This document shows, in pieces, positions 1 to 19,660 of a DNA stretch of 64,000 bases. The notes under the pieces were generated by a model. That model had not been told where the DNA came from. It worked only from the letters and a program-made list of their open reading frames with translations, and searched no databases. The position numbers and the translations under genes were made by a program. This DNA comes from Eledone cirrhosa (taxonomy: Eukaryota): positions 326,988,001-327,052,000 of the forward strand of contig OZ024743.1 of the NCBI GenBank assembly GCA_964016885.1, given 5' to 3'. The stretch's first letter is position 1. Each line of letters starts with the position of its first letter.

Positions 1-11
1 TATATATATAC

Positions 12-45
<34 letters not shown>

Positions 46-84
46 GTATGCATATATATATATGTATGCATATATATATATGTA

Positions 85-145
<61 letters not shown>

Positions 146-171
146 ATATATGTATATATATATATATATAT
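1..171. repeat. (TA)n microsatellite with TACA/TATG interruptions
   Basis: Seen directly. Confidence 0.95.
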
Positions 172-1444
172 GTAAGTTCTAGTTTGTAGGAAAGAAAATA
201 AGGCGGCGGTCCCATCGGGGAAATGGCCATGCTCAGTGTGTAGGAAAGGCATAGGTAGAAACTCCATTTTATGTCCCAAATGCAAAGTATGGGTGCATAA
301 AAGATGTAGTGGGATCACAGGTAAGCTAACTAAGAACATAGATTTTACATGTGGCCGGTGCTCTGGTGCAATAAGTAGCAGCAAGTGCCCACAAAATACT
401 AGCTCCTTCAACTGCGCAGAGGGTTCTATAGAAATAGTGGACAGCTTCCGTTATCTGGGTGACAAAATCAGCAGTGGGGGAGGGTGCTCTGAAAGTACAG
501 TAGCTAGAGTCAGAACTGGATGGAAAAAGTTCAGAGAGCTTATACCACTATTAGCCGCTAGAGGGTTCTCCCTAAAAATGAAAGGCAGGTTATACGATGC
601 CTGCATACGAACAGCAATGCTGCATGGCAGTGAGACCTGGGCATTGTGTGCAGAGGATATACGCAGACTAGAGAGGAACGAAGCTTGCATGCTCCGCTGG
701 ATGTGCAATAGTAATATACGTGAACGGCAAAGCATAAACGAACTAAGGAAAAAATTAGAAATAAGAGGGATCAGATGTTGTTTACTCGAGAGAAGGCTAC
801 GTTGGTACGGTCACGTGATGCGCATGAAAGACGACAGCTGTATAACAAAGTGCAGGGCAATAAAGATAGACGGTAGCCACGGAGTAGGCAGACCCAGAAA
901 AACATCGGACGAGCTGATAAATTCCGACCTCACACGCTTACACCTCTCCAAGACAATGTCACTGGACCGAGACCTTTGGCGGTACTCAGTAATAGAGAAG
1001 ACCCGCCTTACCTAAATACAAAGTAAAAACCTACTACAGTCAGTAGGCACCTCTATCAAAACACCCCCCCGTCCCACCACCTCCACCCCACCCACACCGC
1101 CCCTTTCAATGTAAAGTTATGTTGGTCCCACAACATCCAGGCCGAAACAAATGAGATCGTGTAGGTGTCACGACAAAAAACACACAGTCCACGCTGTAAA
1201 TGTGGCCGTGTAGGCAACACGGTAAAAACCTCCCAGCCCCACACTGTAAATGTGGTTGGTGTTAGGAAGGGCATCCAGCTGTAGAAAACCCGCCAGACAG
1301 TCCACGCTGTAATGTGGCCGTGTAGGCAACACGGTAAAAACCTCCCAGCCCCACACTGTAAATGTGGTTGGTGTTAGGAAGGGCATCCAACTGTAGAAAA
1401 CCCGCCAGACAGTCCTATGCGAGCAAGACAACCACTCTTGCCTC
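172..1444 (+). mobile_element. 5'-truncated RTE-clade LINE (family A), ORF C-terminus plus 3' UTR with an internal tandem duplication of about 113 bp
   Basis: ORF 236-1015 has a Cys/His finger followed by RTE C-terminal motifs (FRYLG, LHGSETW, RRLRWYGHVMRM, GRPRKT). The block agtccacgctgta...cccgccagac occurs twice (about 1186-1298 and 1299-1410). Confidence 0.9.
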
Positions 1445-2095
1445 AAACGAACTAAGGAAAAAATTAGAGATAAGAGGGATCAGATGTTGTTTACTCGAGA
1501 GAAGGCTGCGTTGGTATGGACACGTGATGCGCATGAAAGTCGATAGCTGTATAACAAAGTGCAGGGCAATAAAGATAGACGGTAGCCACGGAGTAGGCAG
1601 ACCTAGAAAAACCTGGGATGAGCTGATAAACTCCGACCTCACACACTTACACCTCACCAAGACAATGTCACTGGACCGAGACCTTTGGCGGTACTCAGTA
1701 ACAGAGAAGACCCGCCTTGCCAGTAGGCATCTCTAACAAAATACACCCCGTCCCGCCATCACACCCACCCCACCCACACCACCCCGTTCTATGTAAAGTT
1801 ATGTTGGTGCCGCGCCATCCAGGCCGAAACAAATGAGATCGTGTAGGTGTCACGACAAAAAAACACACAGTCCACGCTGTAATGTGGCCGTGTAGGCAAC
1901 ACGGTAAAAACCTCCCAGACCCACACTGTAAATGTGGTTGGTGTTAGGAAGGGCATCCAACTGTAGAAAACCTGCCAGACAGTCCTATGCGAGCAAGACA
2001 ATCACTCTTGCCTCAAGTGGGACTACCCCCGTCCAAACCCATGCAAGCATGGAACACGGACGTTAAACGTTGATGATGATGATGATGATAATGAT
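1445..2095 (+). mobile_element. Second RTE family A 3' fragment fused head-to-tail to the first, ending in a (GAT)n tail
   Basis: Restarts at aacgaactaaggaaaaaattaga (also at about 737). Ends ccgtcc..ccatgcaagcatgg..ggacg plus tgatgatgat. Confidence 0.9.
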
Positions 2096-2150
2096 ATATG
2101 TATATATATATATGTATGTATATATATATATGTATACATATATATATATA

Positions 2151-2390
2151 CATGGTACCATGTGACGACAAGTGCAGAGAGATCCCCAGATATAAAGCAA
2201 TGCCTGTGCCGTGAAGCTTTTATAGTGAGCAAAGGCACTGCACTAAGCCAGTCCCACTCTCTTAACCAAGATGATATTTACCAAAAAGAAGAACAAGTCA
2301 ACATCATTGGATACCATCAGGGTTGCAGGTGTTATATCAGAGTTTTCCTTCTCCTAGAATTCTGATTGACAAAGGCTAAGGGGTCATTTG
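2151..2390. repeat. Unclassified interspersed repeat embedded in (TA)n, related to 10708-10885
   Basis: Shares gcaatgcctgtg..gtgaag..tgcact.agcca.tcccactctct...aaagaagaa with 10782-10885. Confidence 0.55.
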
Positions 2391-10097
<7,707 letters not shown>

Positions 10098-10332
10098 TGG
10101 TGGCTGCCAACTCGTTTTCGAGTACGGCCACTACTTTATATCCATGTAGGAGAACCCCTACCGATGCGCTGAACGAGTGTGACTTTTTAGTCCAGCCAGT
10201 GACTTGAAAACTCTGGTACAAACACTACACTTGTGACAATTATTGACACATAGTGCTGGGCCCTATATTATATATATAAATACATATATAAATACATACA
10301 TATATATATATACATACATACATATATATATA

Positions 10333-10649
10333 ATCATCATCATCATTTTACGTTTACTTTCCCCTGCTTGCAAGGGTGGCACGGGAACTGAATCTGGCTT
10401 GATTTCTACAGCTGGATGCCCTTGCTAACACCAACTGGGTGCTTCTTGCCGTGGCACCTCCACGACCACTTTGCAATGGAATGATATGGACCCCAGTCCT
10501 ATCATCTCATTTCTACAGCTGAGTAAACTGGAGCTATGTAAAATAAAGTGTCTTGCTCAAGGAAACAACACATCACCCGTTCTGAGAATTGAACTCACAA
10601 CCTTTTGATTGCAAGGCCAATGCTCTAACCACTAAGCCATGTGCCTCCA
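10333..10649 (-). mobile_element. tRNA-derived SINE with CORE-like middle and RTE-type 3' end (SINE-1)
   Basis: Minus strand: A box tggcttagtggttag, B box gagttcaattc, ccttgagcaagacactt, then ...agggcatccagctgtagaaa, ccacccttgcaagcaggg and (GAT)n. Copies at 16368-16694 and 33551-33885. Confidence 0.85.
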
Positions 10650-10661
10650 TATATACATACA

Positions 10662-10693
<32 letters not shown>

Positions 10694-10707
10694 CATACAT
10701 ACATATA

Positions 10708-10885
10708 TGATGGGTGCGCCCTCGTTATCGAGTATGGTCATTGCACGTCATACCATTATAAATAATAATTAATTCTATCGTGCAATGCCTGTGGGTGAAG
10801 AAATTTTTTAAAGTGACGAAAGACTGTGCACTGAGCCAATCCCACTCTCTGAGCGACAGTAGCTATAACCCGAAAAGAAGAAAAG
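10708..10885. repeat. Unclassified repeat related to 2151-2390
   Basis: Shared core sequence; flanked by (TA)n. Confidence 0.5.
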
Positions 10886-11051
10886 ATATATGTGTGTATA
10901 TGTGTATATATATGTATCATCATCATCATGATCATCGTTTAACGTCTATATTCCATGCTCGCATGGGTTTGGATGGGAGTTTTCCCACTTGACGGGAGTT
11001 TTCCACTTATATATATGTGTATATATATATGTATATATATGTATATATATA

Positions 11052-11372
11052 TCATCATCATCATCATCAACGTTTAACGTCCGTGTTCCACGCTTGCATG
11101 GGTTTGGACGGGGGTAGTCCCACTTGAGGCAAGAGTGATTGTCTTGCTCGCATAGGACTGTCTGGCAGGTTTTCTACAGTTGGATGCCCTTCCTAACACC
11201 AACCACATTTACAGTGTGGGTCTGGGAGGTTTTTACCGTGTTGCCTACACGGCCACATTACAGCGTGGACTGTGTGTTTTTTTGTCGTGACACCTACACG
11301 ATCTCATTTGTTTCGGCCTGGATGGCGCGGCACCAACATAACTTTACATAGAACGGGGTGGTGTGGATGGGG
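11052..11372 (-). mobile_element. RTE family A 3' UTR fragment
   Basis: Near-identical reverse complement of 1770-2090; identical 70-aa spurious ORFs appear at 1789-2001 and 11139-11351. Confidence 0.9.
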
Positions 11373-11989
11373 TATGTATATATATATGTAGAGATGTGTA
11401 TATATATATATATGTATATATATGTGTATATATATATGTATTATATATATATATACACATATATATACATATATATATATACACATATCTTCATATATAC
11501 ATATATATATATACATACACATATATACATATATACATACACATATATACATACATACATACACATATATACATACACATATAGATATATATATACATAT
11601 ATATATACACATATATACACATATATATACACATATATATACACATATATACATATATATATACACATATATACATATATATATACACATATATACATAT
11701 ATATATACACATATATACATATACATATATACATATATATATATACACATATATACATATATATATATACATATATATATATACACATATATATATACAC
11801 ATATATATATACACATATATATATACACATATATATATACACATATATATATACACATATATATATATACACATATATATATACATATATATATACACAT
11901 ATATACATATATATACACACATATATACATATATATACACACATATATACACACACATATATACATATATATATACACATATATACATA
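11373..11989. repeat. (TA)n/(CA)n microsatellite
   Basis: Seen directly. Confidence 0.95.
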
Positions 11990-13250
11990 TGCACCAAACC
12001 TAGACGCACACATTAAGATGCTCAACCCCAAAAAACTCTGTAACAACACCCCAATCACTCAATACAATAATACACCTAATACACAACCACCCACTAACAA
12101 ACAGTATGCACAAAACACACTCACATCCCAGCCCACCTATAACTCCACCACTGCCCATAACAGAAATTGTAATTGCCACCTTCCAGAGACTTGTCTATTG
12201 AATAACGAATGTTTGCATTCAAACCTAGTGTACAGGTGCTCGGTTGAGTCGGACAACCAAACCTGGCACTACATAGGCAGCACTGCAAACACCTTCAAAA
12301 CTTGTTGGTACACGCATCGTTACGCAATAAAGCACCCCCAACACTGTCACGTAACGACCCTCGCCGACAAAATTTGGCATTTAAAAGGGAGTAACCGACA
12401 ATACACCCTTAAATGGACCAAACTCTCACATGCTTCTCCATACCGGAGTGGGATGAAAACGTGCCCGTTGTGTAATAATGATCTCTTCCATATCCTAAGC
12501 TCAGGCCACCAACTACTCAACAACAAAATTGAAAGGTCAATCTTTTGCCAGCATAAACTGAAAGCGAAATTCTCACACTTCAAACCTTCAACTAAATCTT
12601 AACACTACTTTTCTACCCTAAATAACAATTCTACACTCCTAAAAATAGACTATATATGAAATTTAATACTTTCTTCCTTCATCTATTCTCTGGTAAAACT
12701 TTTGCCTGTCCACTACCAACTGCCACTTAAAATTCTATCTTCCTTATCTCTCCCTCTACTCATCACAACTTTTAGCACACAATCCTCCTCCCCCTCCCTT
12801 CTTGTAACTTAACTATATTCTATACAAATCCTCTCACACCACCCTATCTCTTTCTCTACCTACCTCCGTCCCTTTTCTCTCTCTCCCTCCCTCTCTTTTC
12901 CCCCTCTCTCTCTCTGTTCCTCTATCTTACACTATTACCCCTTATTTCATTTCCTAAGGTCATTTCAACTTTGTATTTTGAAAATTCGGATGTCACAGTA
13001 TCTTTCTTGATTGCCTATTATGACATGGTGTAGCAATAATGGACTGAAATTCTGATGAAACAATTGTTAATACGTGGATTAAATCCTTTTGTAACTGTTT
13101 ACCTTCGTCCTATTTCTCTTTTTTGATTACACTCCTCGTTTGTTCATGTTTCCACCACAGAATCCCTACCAGCCTGTCGAGTTACCTTAACGTATGTTGA
13201 TAACTTTCCTCACAACTTGTTCTACCAAGCTTTGGAATATTCCTAATTAC
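11990..13250 (+). mobile_element. Penelope-like element remnant: GIY-YIG endonuclease C-terminus plus 3' pLTR-like region
   Basis: [20 protein letters not shown]....[13 protein letters not shown]...[10 protein letters not shown]...LKW......PY....CPLC matches the PLE linker and GIY-YIG (VY..YIG) pattern; stop at 12602. A gaaacaattgt hammerhead remnant lies at 13057-13067. Confidence 0.85.
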
Positions 13251-13262
13251 ACATATACACAC

Positions 13263-13294
<32 letters not shown>

Positions 13295-13298
<4 letters not shown>

Positions 13299-16008
13299 GA
13301 GCATTCTAGTCAGATAGATTTTATTCTCATCAGAGGACATGACAGATGGACGGTCGTAAACACAAAAGCCTTCCCTAGTGAGGAATGTACCTCCCAACAT
13401 AGCTTAGTTGTCAGCGACTTCTTTGTCAGAACTAGAGTTACTTGGAAACAGAAGGCAAACTGGAGAAGAAAGATCTTGAAGCTGAAAGAACCTTCAGCCA
13501 GTAACAGAATTAAAAATTTCTTACTTGACGCCTATGACAGTAAAGAAGAACAGATAGAGACATTCAATGTAGAAGAGCACTGGGAGTTCCTAAAAAATAA
13601 CTTACTAGAGGCGACGGATGAGGTCTGTGGCTGGAGTAAGACCACAAGCAGGAGGAGAGTGACTTGGTGGTGGAACAATAAGGTAACTGAGGCAATTAAG
13701 GCTAAGAAACAGGCATGGAAAGAATGGAAGAACGGGGGGAGCAGGGTTCATTACATAGAGACCGAGATGGAAGCTAGGCGACAAGTATACTTAGCTAGGA
13801 GGGAAGCAGAGGATAGAAAATTCAAGCCTGTTTTGCAACGTGAGGACCAGAAACAGGTGTTCAAGATTGCGAGGCAGTGTGTCAGAGAGAATTGTGATGT
13901 CATTGGAGAGAAGTGTATCCGGAATGATAAAGGTGAGCTTGCCCTCACAAGTGCTGAGAAGAAAGATTCATGGAAGAGTCATTATGATAGATTACTAAAT
14001 GAGGAGAATGCATGGGAAGAAGAGACCCTACCCCAAGTAGACCCTATAGAGGGGCCAGCAGTACAAGTCAGCAGCAGTGTAGTAAGGCAATCAAAGATAT
14101 GAAGATGGGGAAGGCAACCGGTCCATTGGGTATAGCTGCCGAGATGCTGAAGGCATCTGGGTCTGTAGGTCACACTATAACCACACGTATTGTTAACCAG
14201 GTAATACTAGAAGGTGTCATACCAAAAGATTGGGGCAGTAGCATCATTGTCAACTGCTACAAAGGTAAAGATGATGCACTCAATAGAGGTATAAAGATGA
14301 TGGACCAGGTCATGAAAGTAACAGAAAGAGTTATAGCACAGCTGATTAGGGACCGGGTGAAACTAGATGAGATGCAATTTGGGTTTGTACCAGGAAGAGG
14401 CACCACTGATGCCCTCTTCCTTGTGAGGCAGTTACAGGAAAAAGTACCTAGCTAAAAGTAAGCCACTCTACCTGGCATTCGTCGATCTTGAGAAAGCCTT
14501 TGACAGAGTTCCACGTGCTGTAATCTGGTGGGCTCTTAGAAAACTAGGAGTAGATGAATGGCTTGTGAAAGCTGTACAAGCCATGTATAGGGGAGCAGTC
14601 AGCAAAGTTAGGATTAGCAATGAGTATAGCGAGAAATTTAGCGTACAGATTGGTGTCCACCAGGGCTCAGTTCTTAGCCCTCTCCTGTTCATCATAGTCC
14701 TGCAGGCAATAACAGAAGAGTTTAAGACCGGATGCCCATGGGAACTCCTGTATGCTGATGACCTCGCACTTATAGCTGAATCTATGGTAGAACTAGAGAA
14801 GAAATTCCAAACTTGGAAGCAGGGACTAGAAGGAAAGGGTCTCAAAGTCAACATGACAAAGTCCTTGTAAGTAGACGAGAAAACAACCCACATCCCCTCA
14901 GGGAAATGGCCTTGCTCAGTATGTGGGAAAGGTGTAGGTAGGAACTCCATTCTCTGCCCCAAATGTAAACTATGGGTACACAAGAGATGTAGTGGGATCT
15001 CAGGAAGCTTAGTTAGGAATGTAGGCTTTACATGTAGCAGCTGTAGTGGGACAGTAAGCAGCAAACGGCCACAGGAAGCAAGTACCACCAATCTCTGGGA
15101 GGGCTCTGTAGAGACAGTAGACAGCTTCTGCTACCTAGGTGACCAAATTAGCAGCGGAGGTGGGTGTTCAGAAAGTAGAATAACTAGGGTAAGAACGGGA
15201 TGGAAGAAGTTCAGGGAACTACTGTCACTGCTAGCTGCAAAAGGCTTCTCCCTCAAAATGAAAGGCAGACTGTATGATGCGTGTATCCGAACAACAATGT
15301 TACATGGTAGTGAGACCTGGGCGCTGAAGGTGGAAGACTTACGTAGATTAGAGAGAAACGAAGCCTGCATGCTCCGATGGATGTGTAATAGTAATATACG
15401 CGACCGACAAAGCATAAATGAATTGAGAGAGAGACTGAGCATAAGAGGAATCAAATGCTGTGTGCAGGAGAGGCGGTTGATTGGTATGGACATGTGATGC
15501 GTATGAAGGATGACAGCTGCATAAAAAGGTGCAGAGCACTAGAAGTCGATGGAAACCGCGGAGTGGGGAGACCCAAGATGACCTGGGATGAGGTGATAAA
15601 AGGCGACCTTACCCAATTACACCTCTCCAAGGCGATGACACACGACCATGACCTCTGGCGTCACGCAGTAATACAGAGTACCCGACCTCCCATGGGTACA
15701 AGCTGAAGCATATAGACAATATGCCCCCACACCCTCCCACTGCAAGGTGGTCGTGGAGGTGCCATGGCACAAAAGCACCCAGCCCACACTGTAAAGTGGA
15801 CGTGTAGGCGCCAAGAAAAAGCACCCAGCACTCACTGTAAATGAGGTTGGTGTTAGGAAGGGCATCCAGCTGTAGAAATCAAGCCAAATCAGTTCCTGTA
15901 TGAGCAAGGCATGGTCAGCCTACCAGACACTGCCCACAACAGGACAGCCTGTCTAACCCATGCTAGTGTGGAAGAACGGACGTAAAACGGTGATGATGAT
16001 GATGATGA
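13295..16008 (+). mobile_element. Large RTE LINE (family B): APE C-terminus, RT, PHD-type finger, 3' UTR and (GAT)n tail; frameshifted
   Basis: SQIDFIL..SQHSLVV (end of APE), TWWWN, QFGFVPGRGTTDA, FVDLEKAFDRV, GVHQGSVLSPLLF, LYADD, C4HC3 finger, GSETW. Several frameshifts. Confidence 0.95.
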
Positions 16009-16019
16009 TATACACACAC

Positions 16020-16050
<31 letters not shown>

Positions 16051-16130
16051 AATATACACACACATATATATATGTATATATATTGATATAAATATACACA
16101 TATATATATGTATATATATATACACACAAA

Positions 16131-16161
<31 letters not shown>

Positions 16162-16350
16162 GGATATATATATACACATATATATATATGGATATATATA
16201 TACACATATATATATATATACACATATATATATACACACATATATATATACACACACATATATATATACACACACATATATACATACACATATATATATA
16301 CACACACACATATATATACACACATATATATATACACACAAATATATATC
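16009..16350. repeat. (TA)n/(CA)n microsatellite
   Basis: Seen directly. Confidence 0.9.
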
Positions 16351-16367
16351 TTTCATTTCATTTAATT

Positions 16368-16694
16368 TCATTTTATGTTCGCTTTTTCCCTGGTTGCAAG
16401 GGTGGAACGGGAACTGATTTTAGCTTAATTTCTACAGCTGGATGCCCTTCCTAACACCAACCTCATTTACAGTGAGTGCTGGGTTCTTTTTTTCTGTGGC
16501 ACCTACACGACCACTTTGCAGTGGAATGATAGGGACCCCAGTCCTATCATCTCATTTCTACAGCTGAGTAAACAGGAGCAATGTGAAATAAAGTGTCTTG
16601 CTCAAGGAAACAACACATCACTCGGTCTGAGAATTGAACTCACAACCTATCGATTGCAAGGCTAATGCTCTAACCACTAAGTCATGTGCCTCCA
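16368..16694 (-). mobile_element. SINE-1 copy
   Basis: Same structure as 10333-10649 and 33551-33885. Confidence 0.85.
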
Positions 16695-16696
16695 TA

Positions 16697-16727
16697 TTTC
16701 AGGCTTAACTGGCCTTCGTCAGGACGG
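16697..16727 (-). ncRNA. Truncated hammerhead ribozyme core
   Basis: Minus strand reads CTGACGA-AGGC-cagttaa-GCCT-GAAA: canonical core with a perfect 4-bp stem II. Stem III and the stem I partner are cut off by the SINE at 16694. Confidence 0.55.
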
Positions 16728-16779
16728 TCCCTCCCACCGCTTGCGACTGCTGGACTAGAAGACACATATATATATATAT

Positions 16780-18610
16780 GTGCCGGTGTACTTAGTGTCA
16801 CAAATGATCAGAAAAAGGAGGCCTGGAAATGTCATTATGAGAGACTGATGAATGTGGAGAACGAATGGGAGAGAGAGAAATTACCCTTAGTAGATCTGAC
16901 AGAGGGACCAGCTATTGAGATTGACGAATATAGGGTCCAAGAGGCGATTAGGGAAATGAAAAATGGTAAGGCTGCTGGACCATCGGGAATAGTTGCTGAG
17001 ATGCTGAAGGCATCAGGGGACGTAGGCACTAAACTGGTTGCACGCATCATCAATCAGGCTATATATAGTGGTGTCATACCCAAAGACTGGTGCAGCAGTA
17101 TTCTCATAAATTGCTACAAAGGTAAAGGGGATGCTCTGGAGAGGAGCAATTATAGGGGTATAAAACTGATGGATCAGGTTATGAAAGTGGCAGAAAGGAT
17201 ATTAGCACAGCTAATTAGAGAAAGGGTCAAACTAGATGAGATGCAGTTTGGTTTTGTGCCTGGGAAGAGTACAACAGATGCCCTCTTCTTGGTGAGACAA
17301 TTGCAAGAGAGGTTCTTAGAGAAAAATAAGCCACTATACTTAGCCTTTGTTGACCTAGAGAAGGCCTTTGATAGGGTACCCCGATCTGTCATCTGGTGGT
17401 CCCTAAGGAAGCTAGGTGTTGAGGAACGGCTTGTGAGGACAGTGCAAACTTTGTACAGAGGTACTCTCAGTAAAGTGAGGGTAGGAATGGAGTTTAGTGA
17501 GGAATTCCAGATACAAGTAGGAGTACATCAAGGTTCGGTCCTCAGCTCGCTCTTGTTCATTATAGTCCTCCAAGCCATAACAGAGGAGTTTAAGGCTGGC
17601 TGTCCATGGGAACTTCTCTATGCTGACGATCTGGTTCTTGTAGCAGAATCAGTAGAGGAGCTAGAGAATAAATTCTGGCTATGGAAACAGCAGTTGGAAG
17701 CAAGAGGACTGAGAGTGAACCTAGCTAAGACAAAAGTATTGATGAGTAGAAAAGAGGACAAAACTCTGATTCCGTCAGGGAAATGGCCATGTTCGATACG
17801 CAGAAAAGGAACTGGCATAAATTCTATAAAATGCACACAATGCAGATCCTGGGTACACAAGAGATGTAGCGGGATAGCAGGCAAACTAACAGGTAGGGAG
17901 AAATATGTATGCAGTAGATGTACAGGGAAATTAGACAGTAGAAGTCGCACTGATAGACACATTTTTCAAATGCAGGAGGGCGCTATAGAAGTGGTGGATA
18001 GCTTCCGGTACCTAGGAGATCAGATTAGCATGGGAGGAGGGTGTTCCGAGGCCATAGTATCTAGAATAAGGACGGGTTGGAAGAAGTTTAGGGAGCTGCT
18101 TCCTCTGTTGACGAAGAAGGGTTTCTCCCTGCGTACGAAAGGCCGGTTGTATGATGCCTGTGTGAGGAACGCGATGCTGCATGGTAGTGAGACATGGGCA
18201 GCAACCGCAGAGGATATGCGACGGCTGGAGAGAAATGAGGTAAGCATGCTCCGTTGGATGTGCAGTGTAAATGTGCGTGAACGACCCAGCATAAATGTGT
18301 TGAGAGAGAAAGTGTGTCTGAGAGGGATAGAATGTAGTGTACGGGAGAGGAGACTGAGGTGGTATGGACATGAGATGCACATGGAGGATGACCGATAGGT
18401 GAAGAAGTGCCAGGAAATGCCAGTTGAAGGAAGACGTGGTAGAGGTAGACCACAAAAAACATGGGCGGCGGTGGTGAGAACAGACCTCAGATCATTGAAG
18501 CTCAGGGTGGAGATGAAGGACCGTGACGAGTGGAGAGATGCTGTGCTGAATAAGACCCATCCCACCCTTGCAAGCAGGGAAAAGCGGACATAAAATGATG
18601 ATGATGATGG
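16780..18610 (+). mobile_element. 5'-truncated RTE LINE (family C) with uninterrupted RT domain and almost no 3' UTR
   Basis: ORF to 18398 with NYRGIKL, QFGF, DLEKAFDRV, HQGS, YADD, Cys finger, GSETW. One in-frame stop, then GRPQKTW...KTHPTLASREKRT, directly followed by (GAT)n. Confidence 0.95.
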
Positions 18611-18661
18611 TGATACACACATATATATGTGTATATATGTATATATACATATACACATATA

Positions 18662-18940
18662 TATCATCATCATCATCGTCGTTTAACATCCATATTCCAC
18701 GCTTGCATGGGTTTGGACGGGAGTTTTCCCACTTGAGGCAAGAGTGGTTGTCTTGCTCGCGTAGGACTGTCTGGCGGGTTTTCTACAGCTGGATGCCCTT
18801 CCTAACACCAACCACATTTACAGTGTGGAACTGGGAGGTTTTTACCGTGTTACCTACACGGCCACATTACAGCGTGGTCTGTGTGTTTTTTTTGTTGTGA
18901 CACCTACACGACCTCATTTGTTTCGGCCTGGATGTTGTGG
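18662..18940 (-). mobile_element. RTE family A 3' UTR fragment
   Basis: Reverse complement of the family A 3' UTR with (GAT)n tail. Confidence 0.88.
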
Positions 18941-18944
18941 GGTA

Positions 18945-19620
18945 TACGAAAACCATAACATTGTTTTACTTCTCATTTTTAATGTTTTTAATATTTCTCT
19001 ACACACAAGCTTCTTTATCATACATATAAAAAAATACTTTACCAATACAACCCCCATAATACTCTTGATTGCCCGCTTAAAGTGCTTGTATTACATATAA
19101 CACCCTGCCGCACTATAATCTTATATAAATAAGACACACGTGCATGCCCCACGTGTAACTATTGCATAAACTAACTACTTCTAACTATCCTCTTGCATTT
19201 TCTTCGTAAACTGCCAATGTTGTATGTTAACTTTAATTTTGTTTTCTTTTAATATGACTTTAACCTTTGAATGTAAATTGCCATGCTAAAATATTATAAT
19301 GGATGTCAACCCACTGTGCGTCAATATATACATATGTTTCTGTATGTCTCTTGTGTTGAAAAGGAGGTCATGTATGTAAACAATCATTGAAAAATTGCTC
19401 CGAAGACTCCAAACCTCGGTTTGGAAGAAACAATTGTAAGCGAATAAATGGTTTAAACAGAACTTTGATTCATGTAATTTCTATATAACTGCTCTGTAGA
19501 ACAAGTGATGTTATTACATTGAGCTATTTATCTTACTGGTAATAAGGTAGTAATAAATTACTGTCTTTCACTATTTAGGGTTTAAAATATATAACTATAA
19601 AAGGTTTTAGTATATACATA
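18945..19620 (+). mobile_element. Probable Penelope-like pLTR/3' remnant
   Basis: AT-rich non-coding segment containing a minimal type I hammerhead motif immediately followed by AATAAA, an arrangement typical of PLE pLTRs. No ORF seen. Confidence 0.5.
19395..19443 (+). ncRNA. Minimal type I hammerhead ribozyme motif (variant core)
   Basis: ttgct [CCGAAGA] c-tccaaac-ctcg-gtttgga-a [GAAA] caattg [TA] agcga. Stem I ttgct/agcga, 7-bp stem II, palindromic stem III ACAATTGT. Deviations: U4 to C, and a C-A mismatch at the base of stem II. Confidence 0.65.
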
Positions 19621-19660
19621 ACCATAAATAGTGTCCTTAATACTATATATATATATATAT

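Noticed and set aside
11358-12602. 414-aa ORF as a single protein
   Set aside because: The N-terminal half is microsatellite; only the part after about 11990 is real (PLE GIY-YIG).
16686-18398. Intact autonomous RTE or domesticated RT gene
   Set aside because: 5'-truncated with no endonuclease, the ORF start comes from unrelated flank, and there is a premature stop at 18398.
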